From: Octopus vulgaris
Lineage: Eukaryota
NCBI GenBank assembly: GCA_951406725.2
Contig: OX597819.1
Coordinates: forward strand, 101,618,001 to 101,682,000
Reading direction: 5' to 3'
DNA: 64,000 bases
The notes under the pieces were generated by a model. It made no database searches. It was not told the origin of the DNA and saw nothing but the letters and a program-made list of their open reading frames with translations. Position 1 is the first letter of the stretch, and every line of letters starts with the position of its first letter. Of the stretch, positions 14,877 through 27,981 are shown in pieces. The position numbers were made by a program, and so were the translations under genes.

Positions 14877-16104
14877 AAGAACAAGATGAAGAAGAACAAC
14901 AACAACAACGACAACGACAACGACAACAACGACAACAACAACAACAACAACAATAACGATGATGATGAGGATGATGACGATTATGACGGAAAACTTTAAA
15001 ACCAAATGAATATAATTGAGATATAAAAAGTCAATGAAGAGGAGAGGAAGAAAAATATTTTCAAATATGTTGATTGTTTGTTTGTTATTTTTTGTGTATT
15101 TCTTTTTTTTTTTTTTGTAAAAAGTATTTTATGGAACACTTAGGTTTGCTGGTTTTTAATGTTAGCTTTCTTTTGTATTTAAAAGAAATAATGGGACGGG
15201 AAATAATGCTACTAGTCGTTTAGCTTGGCAGCCATTTTTTAAAAAATACTTCACTGAAGTACTCGTATAGAATAGAAACCTGTCGTTGTCAGTATAGTTG
15301 CCAAGGATCAGTTTCATTTTTACTTCTACTTATGCACAGTTGTTTAATTTAGGAGAGTTACTTCCCTTCTTTCTCTAAGATTAATTTTCATTAACGCTAA
15401 TTAATTTTCACTTTTTCGAGATATAATTTCCATCAGTTAAAAATTATTTTCAGCTCTCCACAGATTTTTTTTTTCTGTGTATTTAATTTTTTTTTCTATT
15501 GTATATCTGTGTCAGACAGATGCATAAGGGCAAAATTTTAAAAGAGAGAAAAGTTTTCGAAACATTGAAATAATTTCAGTCTAGCTCCAGCTTTGTAAAC
15601 TGGCTGAGAAGAGAAGAATGTGGAGATGTTTTGAAGGTGATAACATGTTCCGTAGTCACTTCGTACCAATCAATAGTGCAGACATAGTAGTAACAAAATA
15701 TATTAACCCTAACTTCTGTATCAATGACAACAACAAGCGTAGCAGCAGCAACATCAGCCGTTCAAGAATTAGGACCTGGAGATCTCCATTTCCAGCGACT
15801 TCGAGGGCCACCTCCCAATGGTGTCGGGCGTCAACGAAGAGCCCTCGACTACAACAAGACGACCAAATTTCTTTTTTTCCAATGTCTGGGATCTCCCACC
15901 CCTAAGCCCTAGACCATCACCTAATCACCCTTACCCGTCTTGTTGCTTAACAACAACAACAGCAGCAACATCAAAACAGCAGAACAATGTCATGTCAACC
16001 AAAGCATCTCGCACAACTACGAGCAACAAGGGAGTACGTTGTTTTGTTGCAGAAGAGCTCGTTTTCTGTCAACAAATGCCTGGTGTAGATATCTGAAAGT
16101 ACTG
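12400..16104 (-). other. Putative long 3' UTR of the minus-strand gene
   Basis: Directly follows the TAA at 16105-16107. No recognisable transposon; unique sequence plus trinucleotide runs. Several AATAAA on the minus strand (tttatt on plus near 13751, 13787-13810, 13963). The 3' end is not defined. Confidence 0.45.
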
Positions 16105-16152
16105 TTAATGATAAACTTCGCTGTAAGCTTCCTCAAAGATGTACATGTGTAA
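16105..16152 (-). CDS. Terminal coding exon of unidentified gene (LHMYIFEEAYSEVYH*)
   Basis: Strong acceptor aatttctttctccag| on the minus strand. Phase 0 continuation from the 99-nt exon; 15 codons then TAA. Confidence 0.65.
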   Translation of the reverse strand, partial: LHMYIFEEAYSEVYH

Positions 16153-17100
16153 CTGGAGAAAGAAATTTTCATTTCAGATGATATTTCACATGGGGACAAT
16201 TACTGAATATTTTAGGTCTACTGTTTACTGGGTTGAAAGAGAAAATATTTTAAAATATTTTCATTTTACTCATTCATCTAACGCTAAGGTAATATATGGC
16301 TTCTTGTTTCCTCACATCCACCCTCAGAAAGATTACAGCCAGAAAAAAAACCTAATTATTGTTTTATCATACTTTTTCACTCATTCCGTGTAAATCTTTT
16401 GTTTCATAAATGTTTAATTCGGCAGATTATATATTGTATAACATCTTTCGCTGCCCCCCACATCTTTGTACAACTAATCCCTCCTACCCATCACACTTTT
16501 ACACGTACAATTGCTTCTATTCTGCTGCTTCTTTTACTTATTTACATGCGTGATTATATGCTTTGTATGCGGAGTATTCTGTTAAAATGGATTCACTGGT
16601 TTATGCAAGGTCATTTTCCGCGTGCAGCTTGTTTATTATGTTTTATTTCCGGTGTATATAAGTTGTTCTATTTTATATTTGGGTAACATTACTATACCGC
16701 TCTGTAAATTCGTGTAATAAATAGTTATAATTCTTCTATACATCTCGTATTTATTACTTCGTATACTTTTCATTTTGATATTTTCTTTATCTTGAACTCT
16801 GTGCAGTAAGACACAGATCTTTCAGTTCAGATAACATCTTGAGATGACGAAGCCTCAGTATCACGTATTTTGTTATCTTACAATCATGATCACAATAAAT
16901 TCTCATAACGTAATTCATCATCCTACCTCATAGAAACAAAAGTATTTTTCTTACTGACAGATTTATCCCCGCAGATGATCTTGTTTTTAGCTCTTTCATA
17001 CGTAAGTGCAAATTTATTTTAACTTTGTAAATCGTCAAAACTTCCTTGCCTTATCTTTGTTCCAAGTATTTATCTGTTCCGTATGTTCGTCTGTATGTAT

Positions 17101-17270
17101 TCATTTCTTCATTGCCCACAAGGGACTAAACATAGAGGGGACAAACAAGGACAGACAAAGGGATTAAGTCGTTTACATCGACCCCAGTGATTAACTGGTA
17201 CTTACTTAATCAACCCCAAAAAGATGAAAGGCAAAGTCGACCTCGGCGAAATTTGAACTCAGAACGTAAC
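17101..17270 (-). mobile_element. Partial CORE-like SINE (abundant octopus repeat)
   Basis: gtcgtttacatcgaccccagt..ggtacttacttaatcaaccccaaaaagatgaaaggcaaagtcgacctcggcgaaatttgaactcagaacg. More decayed relatives near 37460-37600 and 47730-47830. Confidence 0.75.
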
Positions 17271-17611
17271 GATATGCATGTATTTGTGTTTGTCCTTGTG
17301 CAGCTGTGTCTCTTTGTGAGTGCGTATTATTTAAATATTGTATGTTGTGAGTGATAATCACGTTTTATTTATTAAGATCGTTTTGTTTTTTTAACCCTTG
17401 TTTACATCAGCTCTGTTTTATTTGTCCTAAATGCTGACCTCATGTATGTTCACGTATATTTCAACAATATATTTGCGAAGAAAAAGTCATATTTACCGCT
17501 TAAACATGTGTGCTAGTTGTTCGTCACTTGTTACAGTTTTGCTCATTTTCTTTTGAGTTTTAAGAGTATCGTTTTCATTTCATATGTGAGAGAGATATGT
17601 TTACACTACTA

Positions 17612-17642
<31 letters not shown>

Positions 17643-17883
17643 GTCTACTACTACTGCTACTTAGTTTCTTCTATTTCTACTTCTTTTTCTCCTATTGTCT
17701 TCTTTGCAGAAACTTTAGCACGCCGGATAAAATGGTTTGCGGCATTTTGTCCGCCTGTACGTCATGAGTTCAAATTCCTTTCGAGTGCTAGCAAATACTG
17801 ATGTCGAAATTGCTGACCGTGTACCAATATTTGCCATACAGTTTCAAATCCTCCATGAAGAGGAGGTGGCTGAATGCTTAGGA

Positions 17884-18882
17884 TTATCCCTCTAGTTTGT
17901 ACCACAGGTTCATTTTCCTAAGTACCATGGTCAGGGCTATCATGCAGAGAACAAAACGCAACGGAGATAGGCTATCACCCAGGAAAATCCCTCTTCTGAT
18001 ACTTAGGATACCCAAGCTTTTTCCGTAAGATATCAGTCCAGTTTTCCATCTCACCATACTTTTCTTCAGGAAACACGTTACATTTCTCGCAATTTCAAAC
18101 AAATCTAAGCACTCGATGATCCACGAATGTGGAATCATATAATATTTGTGATAGTCAACGCAGGTCATTCCCAGATTTGTTCTCCTTCGTTTACAATCTT
18201 GCATTACCATTTTGTCTATCAATAGCAGATTTCTGGTAACCCCGCATTCCCTTCTACTGCCTTTTTGTTCCGGTGGTAACATATCTTTCTCTTCAAGAAA
18301 TTTATAAAGACTTTTCTGTTATTCCTCTTGACAGTCACTTCTACATAATTAGGAGAAAAGAAATTGGACTGTAATTGTCAGCAGCATTTCCCTTTGATGC
18401 ATCCTTCAGGCAAAACACAGTTCATCCTTTTGTGAACCAGCCTGGGATTTCTTGTTCTCCATTGATGAATGTATTAAATTGCTCTGCGATCAATTATTGG
18501 CAATTGCTGAACTATTTTTTAATCCAAAATCTATGTACACCATCAGTTCCTGCTACTTTCCAATTGCTTATCTTTTTACTCATATTTCTGATGCTGCCTT
18601 CTGTGAAGTGGATAACCTCTTGCTGGGTATAAGAAGCTGTTTGCTTCAGCTGCAGTATTATGTTGTTCTTGCTTACTCCATATTTTACCCCATAAAAGTC
18701 GACTTTCATTAGCACCACCATTTTTTATCATCATTAATATTTTGGTAAAGTGCTTTTTCTTTGGATCTAAACAATTTGTTCTGCCGGTATTGCTTAATCT
18801 GTTGTTGAAACCTAGTTAGCTTTGCTTTATTTTGCATGTATGCGATGCTTTAGTTCTTCAGTTAAGACATTCAGGAGTTTTG

Positions 18883-18885
<3 letters not shown>
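17884..18885 (-). mobile_element. R4/Dong-clade non-LTR retrotransposon fragment (RT pseudogene)
   Basis: EQKG..LLIDKMVMQDCKRRRTNLGM..VDY..MIPHSWIIECL..IRRGIFLGDSLSPL (ORF 17884-18282); NWKVAGTDGVHRFWIKK; KLTRFQQQIKQYRQNKLF near the 5' end, which abuts (TAA)n. Confidence 0.9.
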
Positions 18886-18925
<40 letters not shown>

Positions 18926-19164
18926 TCTCCCCTGAACATACTTTGTTCTGTAAATTTTGAAAATAATTATTGTTTGCCCTGCTGCAAGTCAAAACGAAAA
19001 GAGTTAACAACAAAAGTAACTCCTTAAGTGTTCGTCTATACTAAGAGAACAAGGTGTTACTAGACACATTTTTTAATTTTTTGTTTAGAAAGAGTGGCTG
19101 TTGCGCTTTTATACGTCACTCTATCCACGCCACTGAAGTTAAAGTGAAAAGCCATCGTGTTAGT

Positions 19165-19470
19165 TCGGGGGGGGGGATGACCATTGCTTGCACCTAGAAA
19201 ATTCCCCTCCGTGGCACAAGACCGGACAAAGTTGTTTATGGAAGACCATCAGTCTCCCATGCATGCCAGCCTTCCCTCTCCATGCCACCGATATGAGAAA
19301 GGCAAGGGCTAACCCAGCTTGGCACCTGTGCTGTCGCAACTCATTTCTACAGCTGAGTGAAATGGAGCAACATGAAATAAAGTGTCTTGCTCAAGAACAC
19401 AACACAAACTTAGTCTGGAAATCGAACTGGCTACATCATGTGTGTGAGCCTGATGCTCACAAACATGATG
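19165..19470 (-). mobile_element. Decayed copy of the SINE family at 46842-47192
   Basis: Shares gttgtttatggaagacca..cccatgcat.ccagcct.ccctctcca and gcaactcatttctacagctgagtgaa..ggagcaac.tgaaataaagtgtcttgctcaagaacacaac. Confidence 0.8.
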
Positions 19471-20559
19471 TGTCGTATTAAATCGATACAACCTGTAACC
19501 AATGTCACTGAAAGTGATGCGGTCAGAATACAAAGAACCAATACTACAAGGCATTTTCACAGCTAAGAAGCTGTCGTGGCTTGAGGTTATTACTGACCTC
19601 GAGACGATGATAAACAAAACTTTACTTCGGCGGTATTTGATCCTAGAATACTGATATTCAGAGCAAGTACCGCGACTTATTGTATCTATCACTGTAACTA
19701 CTCTGCCATTTCGCCACCATACAAAGAAACATTGTAACAGAGAGAAATACAGCAGAATAAATACACATATGTACATACAGGTGCTTACTCATTCGCACAA
19801 TTATTGACAGGCATAAATACATATCCACATGCAAATGCACGCATGTGCTGTTCAGGCATACTCACTCATAAAGATAAAATGTAAGTAGACAAGGAAGAGA
19901 TTTTAGCAAAGAAAAAGATACGATAATTTAGTAATTCTGTTTAGATTTTCTACATGAAGGAATTTAGTGAATGATTTACAGGAATTATAGTGAAATGGTT
20001 TACAGAAAACTATTTCATGTAGCAAGAAAAGAGAGTTTAAAAATACTTTCCTTACAATATAATAACAATACAAGGGAAATGACAATAAGAGTGTAGAGAA
20101 AAGCAAAGCAGGGACAAAAAAAAAACACCAAACAACAATAACAAGAGCAGGAGCAACTAAATGAGCAACAGTAATAATAATGAACGTCTTTTTGTTCTTT
20201 TTCTGTTTTTTATTACCACAAGGTCTGCGAGAGAAAAAAAGAGATAGTTGAAAGACAACGTAAAACATTAAAACACATTTCGTTGCGATTCGTGTGGAAC
20301 ACCCAAATACGCAAAATATACAGGTACATATTGGTGAGGATGATTGGAGCCCTTGCGGCAGTTTGATGTTGTCTATAACCTCATTCAAGAAACTACTGCA
20401 ATGACACTTGCATCAAATTGTAACAGTGACGTAGAGAGAGAGGAAACACGGTGCATGGGACACAATCTGTCCTCCATACCATACTGTTCAGGCTTGGGTC
20501 CTACCGAACGCTTTATATTGCAGAAGCTGATGCGTAAATCTATCGAAAAGTACGCAACA

Positions 20560-20680
20560 AACTAAGGCCGCAAGTGCGCGCAGTGTGGCAGAGACTGCTC
20601 TTCTCGAATTAGACTGTTCCAGTGGGGAGGACAAGTAGGACGTTCACCCATGGTCATTAATCTGAGACGGATGACTTAGA
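20560..20680 (+). mobile_element. RTE-clade LINE 3' end remnant
   Basis: Translates as KCAQCGRDCSSRIRLF (RTE C-terminal C..CGRDC.SRIGL motif), followed by an RTE-like 3' UTR ccatggtc..gacggatg. Confidence 0.6.
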
Positions 20681-21636
20681 AATAAAAGCTAATCATTTTC
20701 ACTGCGATTCTTCAGTAGTGATATAGTCTATCAGAGAGAATGAAAAAAGTAAATGTACAGTTGACCTAACTTGGTTTTGAATGCAAAGGAAACAAATATC
20801 AAGAAAGTCAAAGGAAATATATATCACAAAGATAACTAAACATTAGTAATTTAGTTTTCAATGATTTCTATAATCATATGAGTATGTCCAGCTACATTGT
20901 GAATATCTCAATTGTCTTCAAAACAATTACTATTTTTATTCTCGACTGAGACTCGAACCATGGAACATCATCGATAGTTCAAGATAACTGACTGACCACT
21001 TTTACCCAAAATTCATAAGACCTTTTGGAGGTTAGAACTTGTTTCATCCACTTCTACAGCAGTGATGTTCCATAAGAGATTACAACAACCATAATCTCCC
21101 TCAAATTACACTGTACCATTGTTAAGGAAATAGTTTCATTAAATACTGTAGTCCTACACATCCTGAAAAATACAGATCTATTTGACCATAGATGACCAAG
21201 TGCTAAGCGACAATAAACACAAATTCAGTGCATTTTTGCACATCTATTAAGTGGGGAAAATGTTGTCTAATATGGTTGATTACAAAAGACGCGCATTTTT
21301 AAAAATAACTTTAGTGCTTATCCTTTCCACGAAAATCAATAGACGCTTTAAACTGATCGGATATCTTTGCGTTTGAAAACACATTTATGTTGTCAGGAAA
21401 AGGTTTTCTACAGTTCCACTAACTTGGACATTCCTACACTTGAGTAGTCTTTTGCCCACCATAGAAATATCAAAAGCAGAGGTGACACCGACAAGGATTT
21501 AACTCAGAAGTTAAAGAGAAGTAAATAACGAATGTCATTTCGTTCATCTCTCTTCTTATCCTGTCCTTCTCGATCGCTGCCTTTCTGCACCTCTATGTCA
21601 GGAAATGACTGGATGAGTTCCTTGACAAACACTTTG

Positions 21637-22056
21637 GGATCTTTTCGGTTTGAACGGCTGTTTTTTCTAGCGGTATCATATGAAATTGTCACCCATAATT
21701 ATGACCCTAGTATCGATCTATAGCATTTCAATCTGTTTTAGGGCTAGGGTTAGTTAGGGTTAGGGTGGGGGAAGGGTATCTTTTTTTTCCTCACAAATAT
21801 AAATAAACCCAATCTGTTTCTTAAACGAGGGACATATTCATACAGCACAGAATGTTTTTTACCTTAATAGACGTCATTGATTGGTTGAAATTGAAGAAAA
21901 AAAACAACAAATATTTTACAAACTATAGAATTTTCCCAATAAAGCCAAGAGAAAAAAAGATGTTTTATAAACACATACTACAAGTATACGAAGTTTTAAA
22001 GTGTTTAGTTACGTGGAAATTATTTTTAAAAACTGCCGTTCAAACCGAAAAGATCC
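21637..22056. mobile_element. 420-bp MITE with 29-bp TIRs and 8-bp TSD (Merlin- or hAT-like)
   Basis: TIR ggatcttttcggtttgaacggc(t/a)gttttt with 28/29 match. TSD acactttg at 21629-21636 and 22057-22064. Internal TTAGGG-like repeats. Confidence 0.92.
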
Positions 22057-22798
22057 ACACTTTGTCCTAGCCATGGAAATTCTGCGTGAGAATAAACTGG
22101 TAATTTCATGTTGTCTTACTTTAGGCATGTTTTATTTAAAAGGTACTATATTCGGCCTCACTAGGATTTGAAGTTAGACGGGTCAAGTAACGCGATGCAT
22201 TCTATTCGACGATCTAACGACACCAGTTTTTATCACATTAACTTCAATTCAAACAAAACTTAGAGAATAGGAGAAAGAAATCAGTGATATAGAACTGAGA
22301 CAATTCAAGACATTTCAGAGTTGGGGTAGAGTTCCTCGCAGCGATCATACAACTATTCTAGTACGTATTCCATCAAGCCACAATGGACACAAAGTAAATT
22401 TGACCCTCGCGGGGTCTGAACTCACAACAGGAGTGGATGTAAGCAAACACTAAAAATGATTTTGACCAGTGCTTCATCGACACTGCTAGCGACAGGTCTC
22501 GTAATACGAATAGAAAAAGAAAATAATAATGATAAAAAAATTTAAAAAAAACATATATTTTGCCAGAAGTAAGACTAAGCCGTCAATAGAAAAAAAATGT
22601 TAGCGTAATAAAAAAAAATGATAAATGTTCCTCTTTAGTGTGTTAAATCTGAAGGAAGAGGAGTTAAAGTGGGAAAGGGAGGCGGTTGGGGAAGTGGCGA
22701 CAATGAAAAATGAGTAATAAATCATTTCTTTCACCTGATTGTTTTTTAGACGTATATTTTATTTATTATATTTATTTATGTATGTGCATCGTTTGTAA

Positions 22799-22908
<110 letters not shown>

Positions 22909-22939
22909 TTATCTATCTATTTATCTATCTATCTAACTT

Positions 22940-22980
<41 letters not shown>

Positions 22981-22993
22981 ATATATATATATA

Positions 22994-23377
22994 TCTCTCT
23001 ATATATAAACGGCAGTTTGTCTGTGCGTTTTCTGTGTGTCTGTTTTCTCGTACCCTCACTCTGACCACGGCTTTCAACCGATTCTGATGAAACTTGACAC
23101 ACACATAGCCCAATGTCATAATTCAAAACTAACGCAGCGAAAATTTTGAAAAGTTCCCCCAGTTCTGAAAAAAATCGATAAATTCGACATGGGGTCGAGA
23201 ATCAGAAACCCAAACTACAGACCGTCTAGGGGACGCAACTCCACCTTTTTTAACTCTCAAAAAAAATTTACCATCATTTTTTTTCCATTTTTTGGCTATT
23301 TTTTGGCTATAACTCTCTAAAAATGCTTTATAGTTATTTCCCTTACAAACCTGAGCAACGCCGGGCGATACTGCTAG
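22994..23377 (+). mobile_element. Non-autonomous Helitron, copy 1
   Basis: 5' TC, 3' CTAG preceded by the GC-rich hairpin cctgagcaacgccggg, inserted between A and T with no TSD. Near-identical to 25829-26211. Confidence 0.88.
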
Positions 23378-23808
23378 TATATATATATATATATATATAA
23401 AACTATTTATGTATCCGTCTAGCTACATATCAACTTATCTATCTATTTCTCTATCTTTTTGTCTGTCTGTCTTTCTCTCTCTCGCTTTCTCTCTATGTAT
23501 ATACCCTCACACTCACGAACACACACATACACACACACGCACACGTACACATACATACACACATAAATACACACACAGATATGTGTGTGTGTATATGTGC
23601 GGATATGTGTGTTTATATAAATAGCTTTCTTTCTATGCTCACACACACGCACTTACACAAATATACATATATTGTAACCTCGCTGTACCGGGTTCAATTC
23701 CTATACGATTCAACGTGGTCAAATGTGTCGTATAACAGTCTTAGCTTGTCAATACCTTCTCAGAGGCAATTGGTGTACGAACATCGTCAAGAAACACATC
23801 GAGTATAC

Positions 23809-23844
<36 letters not shown>

Positions 23845-24372
23845 AAGAGTGTATTAGTGTGTGTTTCTGAATGCTTGCGCATGTGGGCTTCAATATTTGC
23901 ATCTTGCTGCAAGTCTTCATGCAATGCATGTCTTCAAAGATTTTGTCCTTGCATATGCTATACGCCATTGTGCTCCATGGCCATGCAGTCCAACAAGCAG
24001 TGTTTATGATTGATAAAAACAAGTTGTAGACTGTATTAAGCGATGGTGTCGATGTCATCACCTAAACACGGCAGCTCTACAATGATTGTAACTAACAAAG
24101 ACAATGAAAGAAAACATAAATGTATTTACATTTAAATAAATATATCGTTTGTTTGTTTTACTCTGTTATTATTTTTTTGCGGTTTTAAATGCTGCAGTTA
24201 TGTTGTAGTAGTTGAAACATATGCATTTCTGTGCATGTCTGTTAGTGTTTGTGACGAGTTATGGTAAGTGGTGATTAATCCTAACAGAATAAATTTGAGA
24301 GGAGCAATTAAGCGAATCATTTTCAGACTGGGAATAAACAAACTTCACTCACATACTATTACATACATTATA

Positions 24373-24528
24373 GGCGTAGGAGTGGCTGTGTGGTAAATAG
24401 CTTGCTTATGAAACACATGATTCAGTCCTGCTAAGTGGCACCTTGAGCCAATGTCTTCTACTATATCCTCGGGCCGACCAAAGCCTTGTGAGTGGATTTG
24501 GTAGACGGAAACTGAAAAAAGCCCATCG

Positions 24529-24571
<43 letters not shown>

Positions 24572-24780
24572 ATACTTTTATGTATTTGAGTTTGTCCCCC
24601 CAACATCGCTTGATAACCGATGCTAGTGTGTTTACGTCCCCGTAACTTACTGGTTCGGCAAAAGAGACCGATAGAATAAGTACTAGGCTTACAAAGAATA
24701 AGTTCTGGGGTCGATTTGCTCGACTAAAGGCGGTGCTCAGCATGACTGACAGTCAAATGACTGAAACAAGTAAAAGAATA
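24373..24780 (+). mobile_element. tRNA-derived SINE, full length (major family)
   Basis: Head ggcgtaggagtggctgtgtggtaa..ttcagtcc, internal (TA)n(TG)n, tail aaggcggtgctcagcatg..gactgaaacaagtaaaagaata. Confidence 0.88.
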
Positions 24781-24781
24781 C

Positions 24782-24814
<33 letters not shown>

Positions 24815-25828
24815 GATGTATATATATATATCTATATGAATTTATATATATATATATATATATATATGGCTGTGTATGTATGTATGTATACTTGTATGGA
24901 TGTATATATATGCATGTACTTATTTCAGATTCAGGAAGTCGAATTCATAAAGTCATACACTCACTCATTCACTCGATCACTCGCATAAACACACATACAC
25001 ACTCGTAGAAGATAGACACATGCACGCACGCGCGCACACACACGCAGACGCTTTCACATATATACATAATAAATACAAAATTTGAGAAATCACACTCTCA
25101 CTGATTTTTGATTTGACAGCTTAGAGAAGACAATCCCACCTTCACCTTCTGTATAAATAAAGGGATTAGGAGAAATGGGACTGTGAGTAGATGTTGTTGT
25201 TGTTGTTGTTGTTTTTTTGTTGTGTACGTGTGTATGTTTGTATATGTGTTCGTGTGTGTGTGTGTGTGTGTATTGTCTCGCTTTTTACCCTGATAAATGT
25301 GACAAACGCTATGACGAGCATTACAAGGACCCGAGAGGGGTATTATAGCTGTCAGTTTTGTCAGTAGATTCTCACGTAGTTCAGACAGTTTATTGTCACT
25401 CGACTCTAGAAGGTATTGTTCTTCACGTCAGGCCTCATGACTCCCTGAGACCAATGAATTTGTAGGGAAGTGAGGGGGGAAAGAGGGCGGCCGTAAGAAT
25501 TGTGTATTGAAGTCTATAATACCTAAATGATAGTGGGACAAAAATATGGCGGTAGCTTGAGATGAATATGGAGAGTAAGAAAGAGAGTATATTATGAAGG
25601 AATACCGAGAAAGAGAGGGAGAGGGAATCAGTTGTTTTGATTTTGTTTGTTTTGCAGTGTATGTACTGTTAGTGGTTTGGTCGATTGTATTACTTTTGAC
25701 GTTGCTGTTGCTATTGATGTTGCTGTTTACACACTGGGGGGGAAGTGACGTAGGGAGCGTTGAATCGCTCCAGAGCTCAATATCTATGGATTTGCAGTTC
25801 CGGCTGTCATATTCTCGATTATAGTATA

Positions 25829-26211
25829 CTAGCAGTATCGCCCGGCGTTGCTCAGGTTTGTAAGGGAAATAACTATAAAGCATTTTTAGAGAGTTATAGC
25901 CAAAAAATAGCAAAAAAATGGAAAACAAATGATGGTAAATTTTTTTTGAGTTAAAAAAGGTAGAGTTGCGTCCCCTAGACGGTCTGTGGTTTGGGTTTCT
26001 AATTCTCGACCCCATGTCGAATTTATCGATTTTTTTCAGAACTGGGGGAACTTTTCAAAATTTTCGCTGCGTTAGTTTTGAATTATGACATTGGGCTATG
26101 TGTGTGTCAAGTTTCATCAGAATCGGTTGAAAGCCGTGGTCAGGGTGAGGGTACGAGAAAACAGACACACAGAAACACGCACAGACAAACTGCCGTTTAT
26201 ATAGAGAGAGA
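25829..26211 (-). mobile_element. Non-autonomous Helitron, copy 2 (inverted relative to copy 1)
   Basis: Reverse complement of 22994-23377 with few differences. CTAG at 25829-25832, TC at 26211. Confidence 0.88.
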
Positions 26212-26221
26212 TGTACATACA

Positions 26222-26252
<31 letters not shown>

Positions 26253-26279
26253 ATGTATGTATGTACGTATGCATGCATG

Positions 26280-26313
<34 letters not shown>

Positions 26314-26324
26314 TATTAGGTGTG

Positions 26325-26600
26325 TGTTCATGGCCTAGTGGTTATGGTGTTGAACTCACAATCGCGAGATCATGGTTTCAATTCCTAGACCGGGTGGTGC
26401 GTTGTGATCTTGAGCAAAACACTTCATCTCATTGTGCTCTGTGATCACTTTGATTCCTGGCGCGTGGCACACAGTACACCTATTCAGACAACGTCGAGTT
26501 GATGTGCGGCACGAAAACCTGATCACGATAACATTTTATTTGTGTAGGTCGTTCCGTAAACAGCAGAATGCTCATACGTCGTCTTCGCCGGGATAATCTA
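26325..26600 (+). mobile_element. Decayed tRNA-derived SINE
   Basis: A box tggcctagtgg, B-box-like ggtttcaattcc, then gcgttgtgatcttgagcaaaacacttcat shared with other SINE heads in the window. Confidence 0.7.
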
Positions 26601-27240
26601 TAATAAATATATATATATATATATATACCTTTTTGATGCGACTCTACTCTATACTGTTTCTCCCGCATCGTTTTCTCTATCATCCCTTTCTCTAATTCAC
26701 TTTTTCTCCCCTTCACCATTTTCTATATTTCTCTCCCTCCACTCTCCTTTTCTCTCTCTCGTTGCTCACACGTGACCATCATCCATCTTACTTTTCCAAA
26801 TGTGATCATATTTCTTTCGGGACTGTCCTAAGGAGTGGACGTATCCTATCTCTCTATTCTATCTTTTCTCTTCTCAAAGAAAATATTTCTCCAGTGTTCG
26901 CTCTTCCACCCTCGTTCTGTTTTCGTTCGGTTTCCTTGTATGACTCCACTGTCCTGTTTCTGTTCCCAAGTTTGACCCTCCATAAAGCTCAAATTTTGTT
27001 TTGGTACTTATGGGAGCAACGGTCGTCGAAGACTCATATTGTCGCTCAATGAGGAGTAGATAGACAGCCACAACTGATCAAGGGTCGTTCTTTGTGTTAC
27101 TTGTCCTGTTTTCCACTCGTTTCTCTCGTTGTGTCCGTATTGAAATCATTTGCTTTAGTATTTCAAGTTGTTTACTGGTGGTGACCTCCTGTACCTATAT
27201 ATGCATGGGTATATATATATACATACATACATATATATAT

Positions 27241-27646
27241 ATACTCTTTTACTTGCTTCAGTCATTTGACTGCGGCCATGCTGGAGCAGCCCCTTTAGTC
27301 GAGCAAATCGACCCCGGGACAAATTCTTTGTAAGCCCAGTACTTATTCTATCGGTCTCTTTTGCCGAACCGCTAAGTAACGGGGACCTAAACACACCAGC
27401 ATCGGTTGTCAAGCAATGCTAGGGGGACAAACACAGACACACAAACATATACAGACACATACATATATATATATATACATATATACGACAGGCTTCTTTC
27501 AGTTTCCGTCTACCAAATCCACTCACAAGGCATTGGTCGTCCCGGGGCTATAGTAGAAGACACTTGCCCAAGGTGCCACGCAGTAGGACTGAACCCGGAA
27601 CGATGTGGTTGTTTAGCAAGCTACTTACCACTTAGCCACTCCTGCG

Positions 27647-27648
<2 letters not shown>
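27241..27648 (-). mobile_element. tRNA-derived SINE, full length (major family, little decay)
   Basis: Reverse-complement homolog of 24373-24780 from head to tail. Confidence 0.9.
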
Positions 27649-27694
<46 letters not shown>

Positions 27695-27876
27695 CATACA
27701 TGATAATTCTATGTTATTTTCATCGATTAATTGTATATCTAGGTCGTATATGGAGGAGCGGTTAAATATTACATAAATTACGCTAATTATTATTGATGTT
27801 GCCTTTCTTGCTGTTGTCACTACTGTTAATGCGCCTCCTGTCGGTCAAAATCTTTGATAATCTCTCTCTCTCTTTT

Positions 27877-27981
<105 letters not shown>

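Noticed and set aside
15618-16152. Overlapping plus-strand ORFs (95, 62, 92, 70 aa), considered as a frameshifted or selenocysteine (TGA-K-Y-C) gene
   Set aside because: No coherent single frame, no convincing SECIS stem and no good donor. Better explained as the antisense of a terminal exon and 3' UTR.
21738-21770. TTAGGG repeats as a telomere or fusion site
   Set aside because: Only a few degenerate units, internal to a TSD-flanked MITE.
27060-27110. Hammerhead-like ctgatca-aggg
   Set aside because: Core G is mutated and no GAAA or stem partner follows.
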